Shown piece by piece: positions 36,462 to 52,136 of a stretch of DNA of 64,000 nt. Source of the DNA: Balamuthia mandrillaris. Lineage: Eukaryota. The notes below the pieces were generated by a model, which was not told the DNA's origin, searched no databases, and saw only the letters and a list, made by a program, of their open reading frames with translations. Position 1 is the first letter of the stretch. Each line of letters starts with the position of its first letter. The position numbers and the translations under genes are program-made. Location: positions 124,001 through 188,000 of the forward strand of contig JAVKOQ020000034.1 in the NCBI GenBank assembly GCA_031835245.2, given 5' to 3'.

Positions 36462-38717
36462 TTAAACAAATTGGGGAACAGCCGAAAGGCGGGTCCACCG
36501 CTTATCACCTCCCACCACCGCGTCCAAGAAGGTCGAAATGGCCTCCTCCGTGTAGTCCTTGCCTTCGTACGCCACAAACTTGCTTCGCTTGGTGTTCCAC
36601 ACGAACAACAGCGGCGTGGCCCCGCTCTCCGCCAAACCGATGCCCTCCCTCCAGTTGCTCTGCCTCGCCGCGTCCATCCACACAAACTCAAACTTGTCCT
36701 TGGCATACTTGCTCTCCAGCTTTCTCATCGTTTCCATCTTCTCCTTGGGCACTTGCCTGTTCCGCCTTCGCTCCGCGTTGTTGTTGTCACCCTCCTCCTC
36801 TCCCTCCGCTTCCTCCAAAGAGTCCACCAAGCTAACAACGCACAACACGCTGCCGTCCGAGGGACAAAGCCTCTCGAAGGTGTCCCCTCGGACCTCCAAC
36901 GTCTCCCCCAAGAAGGCCTCCATGCTCTGCGTCGAGTGCTGGTGGTGCTGGTGGGCGGCGGCGCCGCTCGAGGAGGACATCTTCACCAGAAAGCGTCGCA
37001 GCTCGAGGTAGGTTTTCACCCCGGTATAAGTGGTCACGCGTTCGTTGGAGGGCTCCACAAACACAATCGTTGGCAGCTCCTTCTCCAGCGAGTAACGTTT
37101 CATGATGTCGTCCTGGAACGTGCCCTGCGCATCCACCGAGGAGATCATGCCAAACTTGAACAACGCCTTAAAGTCCTTGGAGAGGGCGTTGAACATCGGC
37201 GGGCTGACCTTCTTGTTGGTGAAGAGCAGGACGACCGGTTGGTAAGGGTTCTGCTCGTTAAGGAAGGTGTTCATCTCCTCGTGGCTCGTCAGGACGGTCA
37301 CGAAGGAGGGCAGGTCACGCACGGCAAAGTCTGCAATGGCATCGGCGTGACGTGCTCCATCGTATACTATCGGCTCCACATGAACGTTTTGCGTATCGAC
37401 TGTGCTTGGGTCTTGATAGGGGAACTTCAGGATGGTGGGATACCCTTTTATGTTGTACCGCATGAGGAGGTCTTTTTGGGAGGGGCTGTCCTCCAACACC
37501 GCCACTTTGACCATGCCACGCAGTGACTTGGCGGCTTTCTTGTATTCCTCAGCTAATTTGTGGCAGTGTGGACCTAAGGAAGAGAGAAAGAGAGAGAAAG
37601 AGAAACGACGAAAGAGAGAGAAGTCAAAATTAATAAAAGGGTAAAGGAAAATAAAATTAAGAATAACGTACAAGTCTGAGAATAGAATTGAACAAGCCAC
37701 ACCAAGTCAGGATGTTCGAGTACGTTCTTGTCAAAGCTGTCGCCAGACAGCAGAATGACGTCATCAGTACCGCTGTAAAGAGGCGCCTCTTCTTGCGGCG
37801 GTGGTGGTGGTGGCTGATGTTGTCTCTGTTGTCTGGTGCTTCGGTATCCTCCACCTCCTCCTCCGCCTCCTCCTTTGCAACATGATGTTCAATCAGTTAC
37901 ATGGAAGTGAGAAAATAAAAGAAAAAATAAAGGAAGTTACCTCCAAAATGAAACTGAGTGCCGCCACCGGTAGTGCGAAACTCAAAGGCGCCGCCTTGGA
38001 AGAATTGTTGAAACATGTTGAACGGATCACGGAACTGGAAGGTTCCGCCGCCGCCGCCGCCGCCACCTGCACCACCTTTGATACCTTCCTCTCCGAAACG
38101 ATCGTACTTTTGCCTCATTTCATCATCTGACAGTATTTGGTACGCTGTTTATGGAAAAAAAGTCAACATGTGAAGAAAAGAATAAACCACTACCACCGCC
38201 CCCTCGCGTTCCTTCTTTCTCTTTGACCATTTGTAAACACTGAGCTGAGCGCAGTCTCTTGCGCCTTTCTCTGCTCTCTCCCTCGCAACCTCTGCTCTCT
38301 GTTCTCTGCTCTCTTTTCACTTCTCTCATCTTTCTCCACAATCTTCATATTTCGTCAAACCTTCGCTCAGTTCTGCAAACTTTTCAGCAGCTTCAGGGTC
38401 TGGGTTCTTGTCCGGGTGGTACTTCATCGACAAGTCACGGAAGGACTTCTTGATCTGTTTCTGCGAAGCGTCTCTCGGTACGTTCTGTTGCAAACCGTAG
38501 TAGAGCCATGGTCATGGTTAGAGAGTGCAAGAAGAGCTTTTAGTGAACCACAAGAGAGAGAGAGAGAGAGAGAGGAAGGGAGGGAAGGCAAAGGTACCAA
38601 AATACGGTAGTAGTCCTTGCCAGCGAGTACTCCAGTCTCGCTGCCGGCCAACGCCAGGTAGATCACCACCACCGCACAAAACAGGCACCATGCCCGTACC
38701 GGGGTTTGCCATGCCAT
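36462..38717 (-). CDS. ER DnaJ + thioredoxin-domain protein (ERdj5/DNAJC16-like)
   Basis: Signal peptide, KDYYRIL, KYHPDKN (HPD), G/F-rich linker, [20 protein letters not shown] and further redox-inactive thioredoxin folds. Confidence 0.85.
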
Positions 38718-39936
38718 TCTGTAGTCGACTGAAAGAAACGATCCAAAAAAAAAAAAGAAAAGAAAAGAAAACACTCTCTGCTACTTTCACCACTACTTTC
38801 TTTCGCTAAGCACTGTTGTTGGCTCTCTCTCTTTCTCTCTGTTCTTTCTTTGCTGACTTTCTTTTTGTGGTTTTTTCCGGCGGAATTTTAGGAGATATTT
38901 TGTCGACGGTACACGTTGCACCTTCCGATTGGTCCACGTACGCTGTCATGAGTGGAATGCGAAACAGGAGCGGAATGTTTGGAATATACGTCGACACCTC
39001 GAAAATCGGCCGAAAAGAGGCGGAAACTGTCCAAGTTTTGTCCGAAAGAATGCGTTGGAATGTGAATTCCACGCCCTTCACGTTCCAGGAAACAGGAGGT
39101 GTATCTTAGGCCACAGGGAAACTGGTATCCAGCAACATCCCAGATGCAATTCATCTATAACCGCAACTGTTATCCAACCAGATCGAGTCTTGCGTTTCCT
39201 TTTTGAAGCCATCGGACGCAAAATCGTCCGCGCCATGCTGTTTTAGCTGAATGGCCGCACCCCAGCAATAGCGAATTATTGTTCCGTTTTGCCTTTTGCT
39301 TGCTTTTAAAGAAACAAAAACGACTCCTGAAAAGGGAACCACGGGTGCAGTTCCATGAAAACTGGGGCGTTTGTTTTTTTCAAACAAAAAAAAAAAACTC
39401 AAAGCTCTTGTAGTGCCACCCATACTTGTAACAAAGTTAAAGGAGAAGAAGGAGAGAAGAAACCAACTCCGAATTCTTTTTTTCTCAAAAGCCATTTATA
39501 TTTGAAAGACCAGTACTGCACATTCCCACTCTGCTTTTCACAATCATTTCTTTATGTTTATTTGAATTTTTTGAGAAACAGTCGACCTCTCGCTTTTACG
39601 TGGAAGAAAGAAACAAAAACCTCTTTGTTATTATTTAACAAACATCGTTTCTCATCGAACGCACACAAAGGAGAGTACGGCAAGGACAAAGAACAAACCA
39701 CCATCCTTTCATGGAACGACCCCCACCACCCCCGAACTCCCGCCATACCCACGACGAAGAGGACAGCAACGACGATGAGGTACGCAATTTTTTATCATGA
39801 AAAAAACATCCATTTTTATGATGAAAGCTATTTTGTTTGGTTTGGTTTGTTTTTTTTTTCAACCCTTGTGGCAAAACGTCCACTCTGTTTTTTGTTTCGC
39901 TCACTTGTTCTTGTTTTCAATTACTCATTACAAAAA

Positions 39937-40803
39937 ATGGCTTCTTCTTATGTGCAGGAAAAAGCAGTTCCACCATCTTCTTCTCCTTCCTCTCGTTTGA
40001 GTGGTCCAGCACAACAACCTCCACAACCACAAGCAACCTTTACCGAAGAGGAATACCGCCAAGTAAGGCTTTACTTCCTCGTGACAAGTTCTTTGTTGTT
40101 TCTTTTTTTCATTCTCAACAAACAAAACGAAAAAGATAGTGACCAGTACAGTTGGAGTGCTGCGGGTGGCGTTAGAGCTGCAACGCTCCACCCCAGATGA
40201 GTACGCCACGGCCATCGGCCAAATGGGCCTTACCACCCAGCTGCTTCATAACGCAAGACAACGACAAGAACAACAACAGCAGGTTCCACTCCATCGACAC
40301 CCACAATTACAACAACAGTTTCGGTATTCTTTTGCTCCTTCTGGTGATGACGACACTGATAGTAGAATAACACGCTCTTCTGTTCCTTCTTCTTCATCGT
40401 CATCGGCTTTGTATTCTTCTTTTGCGCCAACCTTTCATGGCACTGCGCATGAAGAAGCAGAAGAGGTATTTTGCTTTTGTACTCCTCTTCATAATTGTTA
40501 ACCTCTTTTACGTCATCTGCAACCAAAACATCAAAGGCAACGGATGGCGAAGAAAGTGAGAGCACACGAAGAAGGATCCCCGAAAAGCGACGAAGAACGT
40601 TTACGGGGGAGGTTTGTGCCACAACAGAAGGAAGCCCGTCTTCTTCACTTTCTTTCGAACGGACCCAATCCCATGCTTCTTCCCCATCATCATCGTCTTC
40701 GTGTCCATCCTCTCCTCTTCCTTCCTCTCCTCCATCTTCTCCACCAAGCCCACCTGCTGGCCAACGCAAACGAAAACAAAGCCAAGGGGAAGACCGCCGC
40801 TGA
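39937..40803 (+). CDS. Hypothetical low-complexity protein, 3 or more exons
   Basis: MASSYVQEK...EEEYRQ|IVTSTVGVLRVALELQRSTPDEYATAIGQMGLTTQLLHNARQRQ... joined by GT-AG introns; 3' end uncertain. Confidence 0.5.
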
Positions 40804-41165
40804 CACAGCATCACGTTTTTTTTTTGTTTCTCATCCCCTACGACATCTCCCTCTGAAGTGTATGCATTAATATATTAACCCATTTTTAAAATTGATCTTT
40901 TCGGGTCCTTTAAATCGGAATTTTATCGTTTTATTAACAATACTTTTCGAAATAATTTTGCTATGTCCGCCGGTTCGACGCTTGATGCAAGCCATATCTT
41001 TTTTTTGTGGCGAAATCGCGCGTTCGACTCCGGCTGCTGATGGCGGTTTTTAGCGAAACTTTCTTGGAGACAGGACACGAGATACAGTGTAATTTGGCTG
41101 GGATGGACAAGAGAGAATATTTCGTGTCGTCACGAAAAGGCAACTCTGAACGAAAGCAAAGAGGG

Positions 41166-45128
<3,963 letters not shown>

Positions 45129-45200
45129 AAAAGGTTCAAAACTAAAACACCAAAAAGCATCACAAATTCTTTTTTTTTTTTGTTTTTCTGCTTCAGTCGG

Positions 45201-45690
45201 CTAAATAGTCTTCCTCAAGATAGTCCTCGAACCTTTTGATGGGTCCGTTCTTCTCCAGTTTGAAGCCGGTTTCCAAATGTTCTTTTTGTCTGCTCAAAAG
45301 AAACGCACAAAACTCTGAATAACTGTTTTGTTTTTTTTTTTTTGTTAAAAATTATATTAAAAACATTGAAAGAGAAAGAAAACCGTACTCTATAATACCG
45401 TCTTTGTTGGTGTCGATGGTATCGAACATAACGCCGGCATCAGAGACTTTCTCGTTGAGGGACTGGACTTTGGCCTTGTTTTCAATGAGCGTCACTTTGT
45501 ACTTGTACTTGCCGTCCCACTCCTCGGCAGCTCCTTTCAGCTCCTTCCAAAACATTTGCGTCTCCTCTTTGTCCAGCTGGTCGTCCTTGTTCTTGTCGTA
45601 TCGGTCCCAGAGTTTCTTCAGCACCTTGTCGTTGAGCTCCAGCTCTCCGTCCATAGCCTTAAACATCAACTTGCTTGCGTTCTTCCCCAT
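45201..45690 (-). CDS. Small EF-hand Ca2+-binding protein, predicted N-myristoylated
   Basis: MGKNAS start (MGxxxS); EF loops DKNKDDQLDKEE and DTNKDGIIEY; one intron. Confidence 0.8.
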
Positions 45691-45947
45691 TTGTGTGCGC
45701 AAATGTTTAACACGAAAGATGATAGATAGCGTAATGCTTTTTATTTTTGCTCCATTTTTTTTTATCGATTAATCAATTAATAATATTGAGGCGTCGACAA
45801 TATTTTATACCAATCAAAGTTCATGGATCATTATCGATTATTCTATGAAAATTTATCCAATTCTTCATTTTATTGGTATAATTTATCTGAACTATTTCAG
45901 AAATTTTTGTTTGTTTTGTGGATTATTTTTTTTTTATTAAAAATGTT

Positions 45948-47026
45948 TCACATACCAAACGGAAGAGAACGACAGGACAACAACAGGTTGGAGAGCAGGC
46001 CCAACACCAGCACTTGGTTGGGGAAGCTAAAGTCGTGCGGCTCGATGAGAGGCACGTTGCGATGGCCGACCATCCTCCGCATCTGCGCGTTGGCCACTAT
46101 GCAGCAAACCAAGGATTGCGCCGTCACTCGTTGCAGTCTCTCCACGACGCTGGATGCTCTCTCGTAGATCTCTTCTCCTGAAAAGAAGAAGAGTAGAATC
46201 AGAGGGAGAGAGAAGGAAAGGAAGGAAGGAGAGGACAACAGGAACCGAACATAAAAAGCGAGGGATAAAAACAAGAATGAAGAACAAGGAATGATGGAGA
46301 GGGAAGTAGAGAGGTTTGAAGAACAAGGAAGAATGCCCACAAAAGCAGCAACGCAGAACATAGCATGAAGAGAGAAGAAGCAGAGAGCATAGGGAGCCAT
46401 AAAAAGAGTGAAGCGAAGAACAACAAAAAAAACAAAAGAGGTAGAGTGATAGTGTATAGCTTACCAGTGGTTTTGGCCAAATTGTTGAGCCCAATGAGCA
46501 AAGGCGAGACGACCGGCAGGAAGCCCAAAAACGTGGCGATGGCGTGCTGCCCCACAAGGTTGACCACACCCAACGGCAAGCCCAGGTAGAGCCCCCTCAC
46601 CACGCCGTGCTCCACCAAGTGCTCCCGGAGCCCCGCCAGATCTCCCCCATTGTCGATCAGCACCATGGTCACGGTTTGCAGCGGGTAGAGGAGGCAGAGG
46701 GAGGCGGCCTCCACGCCGAAGCGTTGCAGCGCGTTCAGACAACGCGCCTGGATGTGTCCCTTGGGGTCTTTGACAAAGTCAGGAGGGGGCGAGGCGGGAG
46801 GGAGCAGGCGGGAGCGCAGGAGGTGCTTGCAGCGCGTGAAGAGGAGGTAGTGAGCGAGGAAGGGGGCCGCCCCGCCGATGAGGCTCTCGCCAAAGGTGGC
46901 GGAGGTGTTGGAGGTGGAGTCCAAAACGCAGCGCGCGCGGTAGGTTTTGAGGAAGTAGACCGAGGAGACGTAGCAAACGTCCAGCGTCCGCTCCTTTATC
47001 CTTCTGGTCAGGGAGGGGGTGCTCAT
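45948..47026 (-). CDS. Divergent mitochondrial-carrier-fold membrane protein
   Basis: LLYPLQTVTMVL...EHGVVRGLYLGL resembles one SLC25 repeat; two exons. Confidence 0.5.
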
Positions 47027-47140
47027 CTTTCTTTCTTTGTTGTTGGTGGACGATAAAAGTAGAATAATTATCGATTAAGCTATTGGTATTCGAATTATTC
47101 AGGTAACGGAATAATTTATTCGCCGTTTATCAAAATTTGT

Positions 47141-48208
47141 CTACCGTTCGATTTTTTTCGGTGGTCTCCTTCCCCCTCCTCGTTCCACCTGCGAGCATTT
47201 GTTGCAAGTGCATCCGTTCTCTCTGGCCCATTTCAATATGTCCCAATGGCCATGCTTTGCTGCCATGGCACAGACGTCCCCTAGAAGACGGGCGCCTGTG
47301 TATTTAGCAGGCCATTTCAGCACTTCGTGCTCCCAAGGGCACCCGTTCGCACTGGCCCATTTCAGCACCTCCAAATGGCCATTCGCAGCAGCCAAAGAGC
47401 ACGTTTTTGCGTTCCAAGGACACCCGTTCGCTCTGGCCCATTTCAGCACCTCCAAATGGCCATTGCGAGCAGCAAAACTACAAGTGTCCCATTTCCAAAC
47501 ACATCCGTTCTCTTTGGCCCACATCAATATCCCCAAATGGCCGTTTCGAGCGGCCTGACGGCAGGTATGTTCGTTCCAAGGGCATCCATTCTCGCGCGCC
47601 CATTTCAACACTTCCCAATGGCCATTCGCAGCAGCCATCATGCAAACGTCTTCGTCCCAAGGGCAGCCGTTTGCTCTCGCCCATTGCAAAACTTCCAACT
47701 GGTTGTTGCCTGCGGCATAGGTGCAGGTTTCCTCATCCCAAGGACATCCATTCTCTCTGGCCCACTTGAGAACTTCTAAATGTCCGTTAAGGGAAGCCTG
47801 AACGCACGTCCACGTGCTCCATGGACATCCATTTGCTCTCGCCCATTTCAGCACGTTCAAATGTCCAGCTCCAGCGGCAAATGAACAAGTCGTGCCGTTC
47901 CAAGGGCAGTGCCTCTCCTCGCGAGCCCATCGCAGCATCTCCAGCTTACCCTGTTTAGCTATCGAGGCAGCTATGTCCTCATCCAGAGGACAGCCGTTCT
48001 CCTCTACCGCCCATCGCAAGAGAGGGATCGTTGTGCAAACAGCGTCCTTGTACAGACGGTTACGAAGATGAGGTGGCGCACAGGCGAACCATGAGCGGCA
48101 GGTCCTGGCCGCAACACCCACGAACAAAGGGTCCACCGCGCTCAAAATAGCACACAACAGCTCATGGGGGAGTAACTCTGACAGGCACTTCTTGTGTTCT
48201 CCTTGCAT
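47141..48208 (-). CDS. Intronless F-box-like + ankyrin repeat protein (giant-virus-type CPW repeats)
   Basis: LLPHELLCAILSAV...ARTCRSW then about 10 repeats of 25 aa, consensus GCPWxxxTCxxAAxNGHLEVLKWARxN. Confidence 0.9.
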   Translation of the reverse strand: MQGEHKKCLSELLPHELLCAILSAVDPLFVGVAARTCRSWFACAPPHLRNRLYKDAVCTTIPLLRWAVEENGCPLDEDIAASIAKQGKLEMLRWAREERHCPWNGTTCSFAAGAGHLNVLKWARANGCPWSTWTCVQASLNGHLEVLKWARENGCPWDEETCTYAAGNNQLEVLQWARANGCPWDEDVCMMAAANGHWEVLKWARENGCPWNEHTCRQAARNGHLGILMWAKENGCVWKWDTCSFAARNGHLEVLKWARANGCPWNAKTCSLAAANGHLEVLKWASANGCPWEHEVLKWPAKYTGARLLGDVCAMAAKHGHWDILKWARENGCTCNKCSQVERGGGRRPPKKIER

Positions 48209-48343
48209 TCCTGCCTTGTTCTTTTTCTTGTAGACTTTTTTTATTATTAATAAAGAAAACTGTGCCTTTATATCTTCTTGCGCCTCTTGAGCAAGGAGGG
48301 GTGGAGGAAAGAAGAAAGTTTGTCCGTTTCGCTCACAACTCTG

Positions 48344-50202
48344 TTATTGGCAAAGACATCGCGTCACGGATGGCTGTTGACACCACCCGGACGGCATGTT
48401 ATGAGAGAGGGGCTGCGCGGAAGAACACGCCCTCAGCCTCGGAAGAGGAGGCAAATAACTCCTTAAGGCCGCTGGTTCTGAGGCAATCGTGCAAACGGAT
48501 CGAGAGTGGCCTCGACCAACATACGTATGGCCTCCTCCACGTTCTCTTTTGTCTTCGCACTGCAGAAAACACAAAACAAAAAAGAAAAGAAAGTTAACTA
48601 GCGATAGCAAAAGGAAAAAGAAGAAGAAACAACCTGGTACGAATGTGGGCAAAAGCACCCCACTTCACAGCCATCTCTTCCGCCATCTCCTCGCTGACTT
48701 GGCATTCATCCTGCCGATCGCACTTGCAAGCCACCAACAATCTCGCCGCTTGTCTGTAGTCTTGACACTCGTTGGCCAGGTCGTCCACGTTCGCCAACCA
48801 TTGGTTCAGCTTCAAGAATGAGGCAAGGTCGGTGCTGTCGTAGCAGATGAACAAACCATGCTTCTTCCTCAAAAATATTTGGGGTACTCCAGGAAAGTAC
48901 CTGTTCCCCACTAACATTACCTCGTCGGAGAGGAGAGTGGGAGAATGAGAGAACAGAGAACAGAGAACAGAGAACAGAGAACAGAGAGAACAGAGAACAG
49001 AGAGAGAAGAGAAGAGAAGAGAAGAGAAGAGAAGAGAAGAGAAGAGAAGAGAAGAGAAGAGAAGAGAAGAGAAGAGAAGAGAAGAGAAGAGAAGAGAAGA
49101 GAAGAGAAGAGAAGAGAAGAGAAGAGAAGAGAAGAGAAGAGAAGAGAAGAGAAGAGAAGAGAAGAGAAGAGAAGAGAAGAGAAGAGAAGAGAAGAGAAGA
49201 GAAGAGAAGAGAAGAGAACGATGAAGAGAAGAGAAGAGAACGATGAAGAGAAGAGAAGAGAAGAGAACGATGAAGAGAACGATGAAGAGAACGATGAAGA
49301 GAACGATGAAGAGAACGATGAAGAGAAGAGAACGATAGAGAGAACGATGAAGAGAACGATGAAGAGAAGAGAACGATGCAGAGAACGATGAAGAGAAGAG
49401 AACGATGCAGAGAACGAGAACGATGAAGAGAACGACGAAGAGAACGAGGAACAGAAAGATGAAGAGAAGAGAACGATGAAGAGAAGAGAACGAGGGAACT
49501 AGAGAAAAGAGAACAGCGAAGAGAGAAGAGAGGAGATGGCTTACGCGAATCCCAAAGAAGAATCTGAGGTTGTCATGAGTGTTAGCTCCTCTTTTTTCTT
49601 TCATTTTTCTTTATTGGCCTACCTTTGCTTCGTGACCTCCTACAAGCTTCATGTCTCTCTCCGCGAAGTTCAAGAAAGGGTCTGGATGATATTCAATGTC
49701 CTGCAAAGCAAACCTGTGCATCAAGGCAGTCTTACCAGCACCTGGCGTACCTGTGTTATCGTTTTTCCCCCAAAGACAAACCGTTCAGCTCCTTCCTCTG
49801 TTGCCTTTAGGAATCTAGATGCTTACCAACGAGACTCAAACGAACCTGCTTCTCTTCCATTTGTGGTTCCTCTTGCTCTTTGAGCAAACAAGAAGACAAT
49901 GAAGACAACGGCAAAGTGGGACGAAGTGCCTTCCATTCCACCAGAGTTGCGTTCAACCATTTCATGTACCTTTTCTTCCAGCAAAAGTACTCCCCCTTTT
50001 GCCAGGCAGCACACCCCAAGGGTCGCCACAAGCAGTCCGCTCTGCTGAGCTGCGCAAAGAGGCGACAGACCCGGCCGACCGTGCAGAGCTCTTCCATCGT
50101 GTGTAAGTGAGAGAAGACCGCCACCAACAATTCGGGAGGCATTTGTAACAAGGTTAAGGGAGAAGGGCCAATCGTTTTAGCAGAAGTGGTTTCAAACTCC
50201 AT
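48344..50202 (-). pseudogene. F-box-Rab-like GTPase paralog 3 with C-terminal frameshift
   Basis: F-box MPPELLVAVFSHL, GTPGAGKTA, ILLWDS micro-exon, LVACKCD, SAKTKENV; in-frame TAA at 48463-48465; the homologous tail SYLPPL...RCLCQ* continues in another frame to 48344. Confidence 0.7.
48948..49530. repeat. Intronic (GAGAACA)n-(AGAAG)n-(GAAGAGAACGAT)n compound satellite
   Basis: Direct inspection; F-box-Rab paralog 3 intron. Confidence 0.9.
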
Positions 50203-50309
50203 TGTTCCTCCTTCATGAGCAACAACACGACAGAAAACAAAACACTTTGTGTGTCCTTTGAACTATGGTTGGTTCTTCTTCTCCCTTTAATTAGCAAGAG
50301 TAACGCTCA

Positions 50310-52010
50310 TTATTGGGAGAGACAAGCTGATGGTGACGATGACGGCGCGACAGAGTCGTTTGGTGGCAGGAGACAAGCTCCCAGCCGACCTCTGCGAAGG
50401 AGGGAGGAGGTCTCAGGGATGTATGCTGGCCGTTGGCACGGTGACAAACCCGAGAATGGATCTAGGGTTGCCTTGGCCAGAAGCCTGATGGCGTATTCCA
50501 CGTTCATTCCTGTCTTTGAACTAACAGAGAGAGAGAGAGAGAGAGAGAGAAATGAGAATGAGAATGAGAAAAGGAGGAAACGATGAAGGATTGAAAGAAA
50601 GAAAAATATCGAAAACCTGACACGAATGTGAGCAAAGGCCTGCAACGTGGCCGCCATTTCTTCAGCCATGGCATCACTCACTTGACAGGCATCCTTCTCA
50701 TCACACTTAAGTCCCACCAATAACCTCACCAGTGGATTAAACTTTGCTCCTTTGTCTTTCACCACATCGTTCAGTCGTTCTAACCATTGGATGAGCTCCA
50801 GGAAGGAGGTGAGGTCCGTGCTGTCGTAGCAGAAAGCCACACCATGCTTGTTTAGCAAAAGCCAATTCGGTAATGCGTTAAAACGTTCAACGCCTATGAA
50901 CTTGTCAGTCTAAACAGAAAGAAGAAGAAGAAGAAGAAGAAGAAGAAGAAGAAGAAGAAGAAGAAGAAGAAGAAGAAGAAGAAGAAGAAGAAGAAGAAGA
51001 AGAAGAAGAAGAAGAAGAAGAAGAAGAAGAAGAAGAAGAAGAAGAAGAAGAAGAAGAAGAAGAACAAGAAGAACAAGAAGAAGAAGAAGAAGAAGAACAA
51101 GAAGAACAAGAAGAAGAAGAAGAACAAGAAGAAGAACAAGAAGAAGAAGAAGAAGAAGAAGAAGAACAAGAAGAAGACGAGCAGAAGAAGGAAGAAGAAC
51201 AAGAAGAAGAAGAACAAGAAGAACAAGAAAAAGAACAAAGAAGAAGAAGGACAGCCAAAAGAACAAGAGGAAGAATAACACTTACCGCACGGCTCCCAAA
51301 CTGTTACCTGAACGCAAAAAGTGTAAGAGCTTTCAAAACAAAGATAAAAAGAAAAGAAGGGACCTTGGCAGTCAAGCCGTCCATAATCCTCATGGTCCGG
51401 CATGAGAAGTCCATCGGATATCTGCCGTGGTCCCGCCAATCCACATCAGCAAACCTTTGAAGAAAGCTGGTCTTTCCTGCTCCCACAGAACCTTGCACCA
51501 TACCAGCATGAATCGTAGGTCTCTTTAGCCGAAATAATAACTCAACACACAAGAATGAGAGGAAGAAGCACCGATCAAGCTGAAGCAAAGCTCGAGCCGT
51601 TTGGGAGGTGGCTCGTGTTTCCCTGTTTCCTCTTCGTCCTCCTCCAGCAGTAGTGGCGTCTTTCGTGGCGTTGGTCTTTCAAAGGTTGGACGACGAGCCA
51701 GCCAAACCGCCAGAGTGTGTCTCAGCCAGGTCATGTAACGCAACTTCCATGAAGCTACCTCCGACGTTTGGCCTCCTCTTTCTGTTGCTTCTTCGTCCTC
51801 TTGCCAGGAGGGACAGCCCAAGGGCCTCCACAAGAGGTCTTCTCGGCTGACGGCCGCAAAGAGACGGCAGACCTGGCTGACGGCACAAAGCTCCTCCATG
51901 CTTCCCAGGTGCGAAAAGATCTCCAACAAGAGCTCCGGTGGCAGCACTTCCGCTATGTTTGCACGTGGCTCTGGTTGTGCTTTGGAAATTTTCAGCAGTA
52001 GGTTGAACAT
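50310..52010 (-). CDS. F-box-Rab-like GTPase fusion with CaaX, paralog 4
   Basis: LPPELLLEIFSHL; GSVGAGKTS; VTVWEPCG|VERF; LVGLKCD; RV|SSKTGMNV; ends ACLSQ*. Confidence 0.85.
50917..51250. repeat. Intronic (GAA)n/(GAACAA)n microsatellite
   Basis: Direct inspection; F-box-Rab paralog 4 intron. Confidence 0.9.
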
Positions 52011-52136
52011 CCTTTCTTCTTGTTTTCTTGTGTTCTCTCTCTCTCTCTTCTCTCCTCTCTCGCTCTCTCGCTCTGCTTTCTCTTCTTTCTCTCTCTCTTC
52101 TTTTTCTTTCTCTTCAATGCGGAAGCTCTTTTTATT

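Noticed and set aside
36471..37526. 351-aa plus-strand ORF
   Set aside because: Antisense shadow of the GC3-rich DnaJ-thioredoxin exon, with no recognisable motif.
37550..37680. Possible selenocysteine or broken CxxC in the thioredoxin domain
   Set aside because: Splicing T|GT restores an ordinary CPHC; no in-frame TGA is needed.
48461..48468. TTAA site as evidence of a piggyBac element
   Set aside because: No terminal inverted repeats or transposase in the window, and piggyBac normally excises without a footprint.
48948..49530. Regular repeat array that might be taken for CRISPR
   Set aside because: Simple 5-12 bp units with no unique spacers and no cas genes, in a eukaryotic intron.
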